Part shown: piece by piece, positions 37,187 through 48,843 of the stretch
Numbering within the stretch: position 1 is the stretch's first letter
Layout of the letters: every line of letters begins with the position of its first letter
From: Chiloscyllium plagiosum
Taxonomy: Eukaryota
Length of the DNA: 64,000 nucleotides
Assembly: GCF_004010195.1 (NCBI RefSeq)
Contig: NC_057739.1
Location: 44,357,486-44,421,485, forward strand
Reading direction: 5' to 3'
Program-made: the position numbers and the translations under genes
The notes under the pieces: model-generated
Seen by the model: the letters and a program-made list of their open reading frames with translations, nothing else
Database searches by the model: none
What the model was told of the DNA's origin: nothing

Positions 37187-37719
37187 CCTCCGGGCCGCTT
37201 CTCTTAACTCCTTCAAAAACTTTTTATTTTCTTTGGTTCGCCTAGACCCCTAAAAAAAGTGATTTAAAAACAAATATATAAACCCCATTCAGTTCCTAAG
37301 TTTTGCCTGAAGCTTTCCCAATGTTATTACACAAGCCTTTGTATCAAATATGTATCTATTTTACTCCTCTTGTAACTGTAGCCTCCCCACGGCTGATATT
37401 TAAATGAACAGCACACAGGAGGGGAAAGATGAATCTCGCTGCATTTAGGGATTCTTCAGACTATTTCCTCCCCCCCCTGCTGGCTGGAGGATTCCAATTC
37501 ACTTGATGGTGCTGGGGGAGGGTTCAAAAGGCTATTCGACCAGTCCTGCCTCTGCTGGTTCATTTGACCGAACCATCCATTCAGCCTCCCTCCCATCCCT
37601 TCCATGTTTCCCTGTTCATCTCTTTGGGGGAAAAGGCAACAATAGCTCGTGTTCTAAGGCATCTTTCACTGAGGGTTGCTTAAATAACAGCACATAAGCC
37701 AGTCACCCTTTATTTACTT

Positions 37720-38440
37720 GTCAAACAATGTGGCACTGGAAAAGCACAGCAGGTCAAGGCAGCATCTGAAGGGCCGGAAAGTCAACATTTTGGGCATAAA
37801 GAATGAGAAAGGGGAAGAAGGCTGAGATAAATGGAGGGGTGGGGAACTCTCCTAATCTTCAGATGCTGTGCTTGCACAACACCATAATTTTTGGCTCTGA
37901 CTCTCGAGCATCTACAGTCCTCACTTCCTCCTAGTTGCTGAAAATCTTACTATGAAGCCTCTTCCAAGGGTTTAGATCAGAGTGGTGCTGAAAAAGCATA
38001 GCAGGTCAGGCAGCATCCGAGGAGCAGGAAAATCAACATTTCGGGCAAAAGCCCTTCATCAGGAATACAGACAGGAAGCCTTCAGGGTAGAGAGATAAAT
38101 GGGGGGGGCTAGGGAAAAGGTAGCAAAAAAAAAGAGTACAATAGGTGAATGGGGATGGAGGTGATAGGTTNNNNNNNNNNNNNNNNNNNNNNNNNNNNNT
38201 CTATTCCTCCCCCCCCCAGTCATCTCCTCTGCCCTGAAGCTACTGCCCTCCTGCATCCACCTATCCCCCAAACCTCAATTTATCTCTCAGTCCACTCTCC
38301 CCCCCCCAATTCCTGATGAAGGATTTTATGTCCAAAACATTGATATTCCTGCTTTTCAGATGCTGCCTGACCAGCTGTGCTTTTCCAGTACCACACTTTT
38401 TGACTCTGACTCCCCAGCATCTGCAGTCCTCGCTTTCTCT
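37720..38440. mobile_element. Cluster of fold-back Penelope-derived short elements
   Basis: Repeated gctggaaaagcacagcaggtcaggcagcatc arms and their reverse complements; hammerhead-like cores at 38031-38066 (-) and about 38309-38345 (+). Confidence 0.75.
38171..38199. other. Assembly gap (29 N)
   Basis: Run of N inside an inverted-repeat element. Confidence 0.99.
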
Positions 38441-38987
38441 TAGCTCAGAGTCAGTCCTATGAACTGAGGAGATTCTAAATCTCCTGTTAATTTTTTTCTT
38501 TTACAGCAAAAAACAACAGGTGTACAAATCTTTATTAAATTTCCACCATTAGGAAGAAAGGAGAAACCCAAGTGGCCAGTGACAAGCAGTGCCCTTCTCC
38601 TGTTAATATTGGTCAGCTGGGATTTTCCTGATTGGCCCAGGTTAACAACTACAATCAAGGACCTTAATCAATGAGATCCATCTGGTTCCAATCACTACAG
38701 TTGCCAACTCTATTTGGACATAGTCCGAGAGATTGTTCTGATGAGCACCATGACCCCACACTCACTTTCTTGATATGTCCATCTGCACTGTGTTATGCAT
38801 AAGAAAATTGACAGTTTGGGCTTGTGTTAGATTTCAGTTGAATAGAGTGCAAGGGGATTTGACCGCAGGCTCTTGAGAGAACATAAGTGCACGTGAGTAG
38901 GCTCTTGAAAGAGCATCAGTGCGCACATGCCCACTATTGAGAGAACGTGAGAGAGGGCACACCCACTTTTGAAAGACCGTGAGAGAT

Positions 38988-39310
38988 TGGCATGGTGGCT
39001 CAGTGGTTAGCATTACTGCCTCACAACGCCAGGGATCAGGGTTCATTTCCAGCCCCAGGTGACTGGCACATTCTCCCTGTGTCTGCATGGGTTTCCTTCC
39101 GGTGCACTGGTTTCCTCTCACAATCAGGTTAGGCGAATTGGCTATAATAAATTGCCCATAATGTTCAGGGATGTGTCGGCTCGGTGCATTAGTTAGGAGT
39201 AAATGTAGAGTAATAGATTGAGAGAATGGGTCTGGGTGGGTTATTCTTTAGAGGGTCGGTGTGGACTTGGTGGACCTAAGGGCCTGTTTCCACACTGTAG
39301 GGATTCTATA
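38988..39310 (+). mobile_element. HE1-like V-SINE
   Basis: ggcatggtggctcagtggttagcattactgcctcacaacgccaggga head, V-core, and CR1-like tail agggcctgtttccacactgtagggattcta. Confidence 0.88.
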
Positions 39311-39457
39311 AAATTTACAGCACCCTGAATGACAATGTGAAAAAGGTGCTTACTCTTGTGAACATGGTTTTAAAAGTAGGATTGCTCTTTTAGGACAGAA
39401 ATTAGGAAGTTTTTTTTTCTCAAAGAGTTGGACAGTATTGGAATTCTCTCCAGAAGG

Positions 39458-39635
39458 TCAAACAGCAGCCGAGGAGTAGGAGAATCGACTTTTCAGGCAT
39501 AAGCCCTTTCTGATGAAGGGCTTATGCCCGAAACGTCGATTCTCCTGCTCCTAGGATGCTGCCTGACCTGCTGTGCTTTTCCAGCATCACACTGTCGACT
39601 CTGATCTCCAGCATCTGCAGTCCTCACTTTCTCCT
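39458..39635. mobile_element. Short fold-back Penelope-derived element with intact hammerhead core
   Basis: CTGATGA-a-GGGC-ttat-GCCC-GAAA-cg-TC at 39510-39537, with inverted arms and an imperfect flanking duplication tctc..agaaggt. Confidence 0.75.
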
Positions 39636-40054
39636 ACTCTCTTGAGAAGGTGTGAATTATTCAATATTGTTAAGGTAGAAGTAGTTAGATTCTTACTAAG
39701 TAAACATTGAAAGCCTTGCGGATGCTGAAAATCAGAAACAAAAACAGAAATTACTGGAAAAGCTCAACAGGTCTGGCACCATCTGTGGAGAAAAAGCAGA
39801 GTTAACGTTTCAGGTCCAAGATAATCACAACATTTAAAAGGCATCTGATGGGTATATAAATAGGAAGGGTTTGGAGGGATTTGGGCCAAATACTGGCAAA
39901 TGAGATTAGGTTAGGATATCTGGTCGGCATGGTCGAGTTGGACCAAAGGGTCAAGGTCCGAGATGTACACCTCTATGACTCTATTACCCTCCCTCAAGAA
40001 CTGTTCTTCAAACACAATGTGGACTTGCGGCCTCATTACAATAACAACAGATGA

Positions 40055-40300
40055 CATCACACGGACGAGGGCCCGCCCGCTACCTTCTATTCGTCGGAAA
40101 TTAGTGATTGACAGCACAACATGTGATCGCAATTGTCCAACTGGCGACTGGGTCGCGCGGCCCCAGGTCGGGAGCGCGCTGGGTTTAAAAATATTTCAAA
40201 CGGCGTATCCGTTAGTCGCTCAACTGTCTGAAGGGAATAACCGAACACTACCAGCTTTTCGGGGAGGGGGAAAAGAAATAAACTTGCTGAGGGATGATGG
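40055..40300 (+). promoter_or_regulatory. PKN3 CpG-rich promoter / 5'UTR
   Basis: CpG cluster upstream of exon 1; GC box gcccgccc; TGATTGACAG at 40105-40114; TTTAAAA at 40184-40190. Confidence 0.65.
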
Positions 40301-40317
40301 CGGGGGAGTGCAAGCAG
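40294..40317 (+). CDS. PKN3: PKN3 exon 1 (MMAGECKQ)
   Basis: ATG in the CpG island, donor CAG|gtcagg, phase 0. A short first coding exon ending in Gln is typical of PKN genes. Confidence 0.7.
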
Positions 40318-40547
40318 GTCAGGAAAAGTTACAGAAACAAAATCAAAAGTCGCTGGAGCGGCTCAGCGAGTCAGGGAAAAATTGCGAGTCTGTTCTTGAT
40401 GTTTCCTCACTTTGCAAGAAGGACAATCCTAGGGAGAGCCCTGTTTAAATGGATTTTTTTTTAACGGGCAGCGTTCATACTTCAGTGTCAGGTTATGGGT
40501 TTGAGTCTCCATTGGGAACTCACGGGCACAACAATTAGACTAACATT

Positions 40548-41007
40548 GGAGGGTCAGTGCTGAGGGGGAGCCGCGCTGTCGGAGGGTCAGTGCTGAGGGG
40601 GAGCCGCGCTGTGGGAGGGTCAGTGCTGAGGGAGCGCCGCGCTGTGGGAGGGTCAGTGCTGAGGGAGCGCCGCGCTGTCGGAGGGTCAGTGCTGAGGGAG
40701 CGCCGCGCTGTCGCAGGGTCTGTGCTGTGGGAGTGTTACAATGCCAGAGTAACTCTCTGCGAGGTATCTATTATTCTATATATAAACCACCCTGGACCCC
40801 TCAATTCGATTGCGGTCTGTAACTCACTCCCAGGTATCTCTTATTCTAAATGTAAACCAGCCCAAGTCCCTGAATTAGATTCCAGTCTGTGACTCACTGC
40901 TCGGTATCTGCTATTCTCCCCCACCACCCTGCTGTTGGAGGGTCAGTGCTGAGGGAGTGCCGCACTGTCGGAGGGTCAGTGCTGAGGGAGCGCCGCGCTG
41001 TCGGAGG
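40548..41007. repeat. 33-bp minisatellite (ggagggtcagtgctgagggagcgccgcgctgtc): about 6 copies at 40548-40735 and about 2 at 40937-41007
   Basis: Units start at 40548, 40581, 40614, 40647, 40680, 40713, 40937 and 40970. Confidence 0.92.
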
Positions 41008-41756
41008 GGTAATGTTTCCAATAATACTTTGTACCAAAAGCCTGATTGTTATCATGCGTAAAAGAAATAGCTGTTTCTGCAAAGTGAAATTTTGGTTTGG
41101 TAGTATCGTGACAATATTATTGAATTGCGTCGGTGAGTCGCCTAGAAGTTCAGTTTAATGATATACCGACAAGTGTTCAGAGCCCACTGTGACAATTGGT
41201 GACTTGGCTAGTGAAGAAAAACTAGTAATGTTGACTATGAATTTACTGGATTGGTATAAAGGTTTGTTTGATTATTAATGTCCTGCAAGGAAGGAAATTT
41301 GTCATTATCCCTTGTTTGTAATATGTGACTCCACGCCCAGAAAATGTAAATATCCTCTAAAATAGCCAAACAAGCTGTTAAATTGTTTGGGATAGGCAAT
41401 AAATAAATGCTGAGCTTTGTGGTTATGTGCATACCCAGTTAATGATTTTATTTAATGAATTGTTTTCCCTTGTTTACAGGCCACTATTTATCCCTAAACC
41501 AACATGGTTTTAGTAGTTATTTTGGCATTACCTGCATCTTTCAGCTGTTGATAGGGAAACTGAAAGATTCTATCAGAGTTTGTTATTATTAGCTGTGACT
41601 GCAGTTCAAACACTACCTACTGGCTGTTAAATGCTTTAGATCATAAGATGATGGAAGTGGCTATATCAATAGAAGAACAAAACTGTTTGAAATTCACTGC
41701 AGATTTAGCAGCATCTATCAAGAGAACAATGTTTCAGATCCATTGGCCTTTTTTTA

Positions 41757-42063
41757 TTTAGATTAGATTACTTAGTGTAGAAACAGGCCCTTCTGCTCAA
41801 CAAGTCCACACTGCCCCGGCGAAGCGCAACCCACCCATACCCCTACATTTACCCCTTACCTAACACTACGGGCAATTTAACAATTCACCTGACCTGCACA
41901 TCTTTGGACTGTGGGAGGAAACCGGAGCACCCGGACGAAACCCACGCAGACACGGGGAGAACGTGCAAACTCCACACAGTCAGTCGCCTGAGGTGGGAAT
42001 TGAACCCGGGTCTCTAGTGCTGTGAGGCAGCAGTGCTAACCACTGTGCCACCGTGTCGCCCAC
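41757..42063 (-). mobile_element. Full-length HE1-like V-SINE
   Basis: Minus strand gggcgacacggtggcacagtggttagcactgctgcctcacagc...gggttcaattccc (A/B boxes), V-core, (taatc)n tail. Confidence 0.92.
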
Positions 42064-43133
42064 GTTGAAGGAATGGAAATATGTTTTATTTACCTGATGC
42101 CTTATTAGGTAAAATAAAACTTTCTAAGGTGTTTAATAGACCATGTGAGATGCTGTGACTGTTTAGGCCAAATATTCAGAGAAGCAAGTGGCTTAAGTCA
42201 CTTGTTTATTCCTATTTGATCCTCTGCGAAAATATCTCCGGTTTTTGTTCTAATTTGGAAATTGTTTGGAATAATTGAATGGGGCAATGCAGAAAACCAG
42301 ATAAAGCTAAGCATCCCCTGAAAGAGGGAAAAACCAATTATACAGCAGTTAATCCAGGCTAATATTTGGGAACAACTTTGTTTTAATCAAATTTTTGAAG
42401 GAAATATGATAAGTGTAACCACACCATAAGTGAATGATGTAATGAAAAAGAAATTGGAATGTTAGGTGTTTAACATTAAAATTATCATTGATAACATTAG
42501 TGACATAAAACACAAGGAGCAGGAATATGACATCTAATATCTTGACCTGATCTGACCAAGATAACTTGAAATTTTATTTCTGTTCCAATATTAAGAGTAA
42601 GCTATCAATCTGGGTATCTTTTAAAGCATTTACTCTAGGTTATTGATCCATTTGGTGCCAACTTTGGCTCACTAGCAAAAACAGGAATTGCCGGAGAAAC
42701 TTCTGAATGGTTCTGAAGAAGGATCACGGGACTCAAGACATTGACTGTTTTCTCTCCTCAGATGCTGCCAAGCTTACTGAGTTTCTCTAGCAATATCTAT
42801 TTTAACTCGTTTCAGATCTCCAGCATCTGTAGTTCTTTGTTGTACTTGATAACACACAGTCTGTGTCAGAAGAATTTAGTGATAGAACAAACCAGGATTT
42901 GATCATGTAATCTAGCTAGTGTTTGAGGCAGTGCTAATATCATTTAGCTGCATTTTCAGACATTCTGTCTTTCAGGTCAGACACCTATTAAACCAAACCT
43001 CTTTAGCCAGAAGCTAATATATTTCAAAATTCAACTGCTCTTGTTATTACAGGTGCTGCAGTAACTTGCTGAAAATTGCAATTTTATCTGCTATCATACT
43101 GAGAATGTGTAACCATTCATTTAATTTATTTAG

Positions 43134-43434
43134 AGCAATTCCTACCAGCTGTTGATCAACCAGAGGCTGGACCTGGAAGAAGGAAGTGATCTCTTGGATC
43201 CAGATATACAACAAAAACTTGATGAAGTAAAAGATCTGATTCGACGTGAAATACAAAAAGAGCTAAAAATCAAAGAGGGAACGGAGAATTTGCGTAAAGT
43301 GACAACGGACAAGAAAAATCTGGCTCATGTGGAAAATATTTTGAAAACCTCAAATCGCAAATTGAAACGTCTGCATTGGGAACTTCAGGAGCTGAATGCA
43401 CGAATTATGGTTACAGATCGGGACATTCGGGGAG
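43134..43434 (+). CDS. PKN3: PKN3 exon 2 (HR1a)
   Basis: tatttag|[12 protein letters not shown]...[64 protein letters not shown]...G|gtgagt. Confidence 0.9.
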
Positions 43435-43502
43435 GTGAGTGCAATTTGCAACTGAACCTTAGACTAGAAGATCTAGCCCTTTTTCTGAAGATAAAACATT
43501 AG

Positions 43503-44360
43503 CATTATATTCAAAGTTTGTGAGAAGATTTGTAGCTCGGGTGCTCGTTGCTGTGGTTCTGTTCGCCGAGCTGGAAGTTTTTGTTGCAAACGTTTCGTCC
43601 CCTGTCTAGGTGACATCCTCAGTGCTTGGGAGCCTCCTGTGAAGCGCTTCTGTGGTGTTTCCTCCGGCATTTATAGTGGCCTGTCCCTGCCGCTTCCGGT
43701 TGTCAGTTTCAGCTGTCTGCTGTAGTGGCCGGCATATTGGGTCCAGGTCTGTGTTTGTTGATGGAGTTTGTGGATGAGTGCCATGCTTCTAGGAATTCCC
43801 TGGCTGTTCTTTGTTTCGCTTGCCCTATAATGGTAGTGTTGTCCCAGTCAAATTCATGTTGCTTGTCGTCTACGTGTGTGGCTACTAGGGATAGCTGGTC
43901 GTGTCGTTTCGTGGCTAGTTGATGTTCATGGATGCGGATCATTAGCTGTGTTTGTCCTATAGTGTTTTGTGCAGTCCTTGCATGGGATTTTGTACACTAC
44001 ATTAGTTTTGCTCATGCTGGGTATCGGGTCCTTCAGTTGTTGTCTGAGTGTGGCTGTTGGTTTGTGTGCTGTTATAAGTCCTAGTGGTCGCAGTAGTCTG
44101 GCTGTCATTTCAGAGATGTTCTTGATGTATGATAGTGTGGCCAGTCCTTTGGGCTGCGGCATGTCCTCGTTCTGTTGTACAGTAATGCAAAGGTTAGAAC
44201 AAACAGTCTTACCACAAATTCAACCCAAACTCTGGGTCAGATACGTTGATGACACCTTTGTAATCATTAAAAACACGGAAATAGAGAAAACACACCGGAT
44301 CATCAACTCCACACTCACAGGAATCCGATTCACGAGAGAGGAAGAAAAGGATAACCAACA
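43503..44360 (-). mobile_element. Penelope (Poseidon-type) element with 5' inversion
   Basis: Minus: KDPIPSMSKTNVVYKIPCKDC and RIHEHQLATKRHDQLSLVATH...EFDWDN...REFLEAWHS (GIY-YIG). Plus strand about 44173-44360: PKLWVRYVDDTFVII (RT catalytic motif). Confidence 0.92.
43586..43625 (-). ncRNA. Minimal hammerhead ribozyme motif in the Penelope pLTR
   Basis: Minus strand gca-CTGAGGA-t-GTCaCCT-agac-AGGgGAC-GAAA-cg-TT-tgc; stem I gca/tgc. Confidence 0.7.
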
Positions 44361-44844
44361 CTGGCTAGGTGCATCAGAGTGTGCTACATTGTGACACCTG
44401 GTATGTGGTAAGTAATATGAGCTTGGCTGGGGTACCAGTGAAGATGCCAAAGTAGGTTTCTCAGATCCTGAACCAGAAGCAAAATAAAATTATCAACGAT
44501 TCCTACTCTTGACCACTTTCCGGTACCTCTTGCTGAAAAGTGCATGTGTATGCAGCTTTAACTATTAAGTCCAAGTTTTTTTTTCACTGCAACAATTGCT
44601 GACTTTAGAGCGTCACAGCTCACTGGAGTAATTAATGGAGAGTGCCAACAGTATATGAAAATGATAATCATGCTGGGAGAGGAGAAGATTAAACAGAACA
44701 GGGTAAATAAACCAAACTTATCTAATTGTGATGAAGAACATGCATGCTGCCAATGATTGGACAGACTCAGTGGCGATTGGGTAATTCTGACAGTAAAAAA
44801 GCATTGCTTTAGTTAAATTGAGTATATGATTCTTGGAGGTGATT

Positions 44845-45545
44845 TCATAGAATCACAGAATCCCTGCAATGCAGAAAGAGGTCATTCAGCCCATCAAGTC
44901 TGCACCAAACCACCCCAAAGAGCATCCCAGCTGGCTTTAGTATCTGAGGAGATGCAATGGTGCTGAACATTTTGCATTCAACAGCAAACATTCTCACTTC
45001 TTCTGACCTTATGATGGAAGGAAGGTCATTAATGAAGCAGCTGAAGATGGTTGGACCGAATATCACTATCCTGAAAAATCCTGTAGCGATGTCCTGAGAT
45101 GACTAAGCTCCAACAATCTCAACAATTTTTCTATGTGTCAGGTATGATTCCAATCAGCAGAGAATCTGTCACTTGATACCCATTGATTCCATTATTGATC
45201 GGTCAAATGCAGCTTTGGTGTTAAGGGTTCTCACTCTCACTGTCACTCTCCCCTTGGGAATTCAGCTCTTTTTTTCTATGTTTAAACTCAGGCGGTAATG
45301 TGGTCAGGAGCTGAGTGGTCCTGGTGGAACCCAAACTGGGTATTATTGTACAGGTGCTGCTTGATAGCACTGTTGTGTTCCATCACTTTACTGATGATCA
45401 AGAGTTGACTGAAAGGACAGTAATTGGCAGGGTTGGATTTGTCCTGCTTTTTGTGTACTGGGTAATTTTCCATATTGTCAGGTAGATGCCAGTATTGTAG
45501 CTGTACTGCAACAGCTTGGCTATAGTAATATTGGGCAAGCATCCA
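44845..45545 (-). mobile_element. Decayed LINE RT fragment
   Basis: HKKQDKSNPANYCPFSQLLIISKVME..QFGFHQDHSAPD and GPTIFSCFINDLPSII..RMFA. Confidence 0.8.
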
Positions 45546-45849
45546 AGAGAATTCATTTTTTTTTTGAAATGGGATGCTATCCACCTGGATGTCCACATAA
45601 AGCACACGTTGGTGCAGTTTAGTATGTTGATGAAGTCCACCACTTACATAATGCACCATCTGCTAAAACACAAATTTTGAAAGCTGGATGCCGTGGTATT
45701 GATTATAATGACATTTATGGAAATGTGAATTAAACAAGGTGATTGATCCAGTGGAAGCCAATAGGTTCTTTGACTTCCTTTAGTTTTAAGTCATGAATGC
45801 TAGGCAACAGCAAAATGCACCCAGAGTTTCTGTTCTTTGATATCCCCAG

Positions 45850-46004
45850 ATGGTGGAATGTCTCCAGACCCCTGTTGCTGGGAGCCATGTCTAACTCCTT
45901 TCAGCAGTCGAATCACTGCTCTGAAAAGGCAGCTAAATATTGAAATGAAGGTTAAGCAGGGAGCTGAAAACATGATCCAAATGTATTCAAATGGACCATC
46001 GAAG
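45850..46004 (+). CDS. PKN3: PKN3 exon 3 (HR1b, first half)
   Basis: ccccag|(D)[51 protein letters not shown]|gtaaga. Confidence 0.92.
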
Positions 46005-46311
46005 GTAAGATTTCTATGTTTCACTTTCACCAGACATTAAAGATTTTAGAGAAGTTATGTACTGCGTGGTGGTGCACTAGAATTAATATCACAGAAACTG
46101 CATACCCTTCGTTCTTACACATGTCCACTGAAGCTCTTGATTAGCTTTGGTGTCTTTTTGGTAGCTCTAAAGTTTGAATTTGATAGAAACATTTGATGAA
46201 TAGCACAGGATTTGACTTAAGCACAAAACTGGATTTAGTCAGAAAATTTACAATAAAAAAAAAGTGTGCCTGGAAGCAGGCTGATGTGTAAAATTGTCTA
46301 TTTAAAGCTTA

Positions 46312-47560
46312 ATGTGTTGCTGGAAAAGCGCAGCAGGTCAGGCAGCATCAAAGCAGGAGAATCGACGTTTCAGGCATAAGCCCTTCTTCAGGAATGAGGA
46401 GGGTGTGCCAAGCAGGCTAAGATAAAAGGAAGGGAGGAGGGACTTGGGGGAGGGGCGTTGGGGATGCAATAGGTGGAAAGAGGTTAAGGTGAGGGGGTGG
46501 GGGCGGAGAGGTCAGGAAGAAGATTGCAAGCCAAGAAGGTGGTGCAGAGTCAAAGGATTGGGACTGAGAAAAGGTGGGGGGAGGGGAAATGAGGAAGCTG
46601 GAGAAATCTGCATTCATCTCTTGTGGTTGGAGGGTTCCTAGGCGGAAGATGAGGCGCTCTTCCTCCAGGTGTCGTGTTGCTATGGTCTGGCAATGGAGGA
46701 GGCCAAGGACCTGCATATCCTTGGCGGAGTGGGAGGGGGAGTTGAAATGTTGAGCCATGGGGTGGTTGGGTTGGTTGGTGCAGGTGTCCCAGAGGTGTTT
46801 TCTGAAACGTTCCGTAATTAGGTGGCCTGTCTCCCCAATGTATAGGAGGCTACATCTGGTGCAGCGGATGCAGTAAATGATGTGTGTGGAGGTACAGGTG
46901 AATTTGTGATGGATATGGAAGGATCCCTTGGGGCTTGGAGGGAAGTGAGGGGGGAGGTGTGGGCGCAAGTTTTGCACTTCTTGCGGTTGCAGGGGAAGGT
47001 ACCAGGAGTCGAGGTTGGATTGGTTGGGGGTGTGGACCTGACGAGGGAGTGGTTTTTCTGGAATGCTGATAGGGGAGGGAAATATATCCTTGGTGGGGTC
47101 TGTTTGGAGGTGGCAGAAATGACGAAGGACCATCGCCAGAAAGTGGCAACACGACACCTGGAGGAAGAGCGCCTCATCTTCCGCCTAGGAGCCCTCCAAC
47201 CACAAGGGATGAATGCAGATTTCTCCAGCCTCCTCATTTCCCCTCCCCCCATTTTTTCTCAGTCCCAACCCTCAGACTCAGCACCGCCTTCTTGACCCGC
47301 AATCATCTTCCTGACCTCTCCACTCCCACCCCACTTCGGCCTATCACCCTCACCTTAACCTCCTTCCACCTATCGCATTCCCAACGCCCCTCCTCCCTAC
47401 CTTTTTATCTTAGCCTGCTTGGCACACCCTCCTCACTCCTGAAGAAGGGCTTATGCCCAAAACGTCGATTCTCCTGCTCCTTTGATGCTGCCTGACCTGC
47501 GGTTTCCAGCAACACATTTTTCAGCTCTGATCTCCAGCATCTGCAGTCCTCACTTTTTCC
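46312..47560. mobile_element. Fold-back Penelope-like element with long inverted arms
   Basis: Minus ORF 46417..47157 IIYCIRCTRCSLLYIGETG...FRKHL (GIY-YIG). About 46312-46690 is the inverse of about 47133-47520. TSD tttaaagctta at 46301-46311 and 47563-47573. Confidence 0.9.
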
Positions 47561-48132
47561 TGTTTAAAGCTTATGTGGGATCATGTTCAAATAACAACTG
47601 AAATCAGTGGTGAAAATAGCCTCTTTATTCAGCAACCACAATAGCATATGTTCGAGGCAGCAATAAAATCCCAAAGTACAGTTCTTACAAGACCCTCTTT
47701 ATACACAGTTCTTATATAAACTAAAATTCCATTACTATGGTGTTACATTGTTTTATCTATAGTACACAAAGGTTTGAGTGGCTTCTGTCCTGGGAGACAA
47801 GAGATGGGTTAAAACATGTGCTAAGTGCTGGCTGCTACTCCTGATAGGATTAAGTGTCTGTCTGGTCTGCTTCCATAATTAAGAGGCATTAGTCCTTTTG
47901 TCTTTTAAGTTAGTAAATGTCAGTTTTAAAAAAAATACTTGGCCTATATGCTCTAAATAAGTTAGAAATTATGCTGTACTTTTTAAAAGAATAAAGGATA
48001 CTAACTGATTACCGCAGCTGGGTTGTGAGATTTGTTTACTGTTTGCAGGTGAGAGTTTCATTCATTCAATTTCATAAGTGCTGTTTTGACAGTTTCTTAA
48101 AGGGATAATGGCCCAGTTAAAAGATATTTAAC

Positions 48133-48843
48133 AATGGTAAGGTCCTAGGGAGTGTTGCTGAACAAAGAGACCTTGGAGTGCAGGTTCATAGCTCCTTGAA
48201 AGTGGAGTTGCAGGTAGATAGGATAGTGAAGGCGGTGTTTGGTATGCTTTCCTTTATTGGTCAGAGTATTGAGTACAGGAGTTGGGAGGTCATGTTGCAG
48301 CTGTACAGGACATTGGTTAGGCCAATGTTGGAATATTGCATGCAATTCTGATCTCCTTTGTATCGGAAACTTGCAAGGGTTCAGAAAAGATTTACAGGGA
48401 TGTTGCCAGGGTTGGAGAATTTGAGCTATAGGGAGAGGCTGGACAGGCAGGGGCTGTTTTCCCTGGAGCATCAGAGGCTGAGGCGTGACCTTATAGAGGT
48501 TTGCAAAATTGAGGGGTATGGATAGGATAAATAGACAGTCTTTTCCCTGGGGTCGGGGAGGGCATAGATTCAGAGTGAGAGTGGAAAGATATAAAAGAGA
48601 CCTAAGGGGCAACTTTTTCATGCAGAGGGTGTTACGTGTATGGAATGAGCTGCCAGAGGAAGTGGTGGAGGCTGGTACCATTGCAACATTTAAGAGGCAT
48701 TTGGATGGGTATATGAATAGGAAGGGTTTGGAGGGCTATGGGCTGGGTGCTGGCAGGTGGGACTAGATTGGGTTGGGATATCTGGTCGGAATGGACAGGT
48801 TGGACAGAAGGGTCTGTTTCCATGCTGAACATCTCTGACTCTA
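48133..48843 (+). mobile_element. CR1/HER1 3' fragment
   Basis: GNFFMQRVLRVWNELPEEVVEAGTIATFKRHLD; the same family as 5881-8232. Confidence 0.92.

Noticed and set aside
36581-37216. 211-aa single-exon ORF as the full CULT protein
   Set aside because: The listed start is TTG and the first ATG is 37186. After HLG the ORF runs into intron and SINE sequence, whereas the conserved W-x-F continues in the exon at 31304.
40548-41007. Regularly spaced 33-bp repeats as a CRISPR array or repeat protein
   Set aside because: The units are head-to-tail with no unique spacers, there are no cas genes, and the context is a vertebrate intron. ORF 40557..40892 is a by-product.
41985-42063. tRNA gene
   Set aside because: The A/B boxes belong to the head of an HE1-type SINE that continues into a V-core and LINE-like tail; the same applies at 8762, 36535 and 38988.
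43053-43133. Upstream acceptor (ttacag at 43052) for PKN3 exon 2
   Set aside because: It gives an in-frame TAA after three codons; the acceptor at 43133 keeps the frame open.
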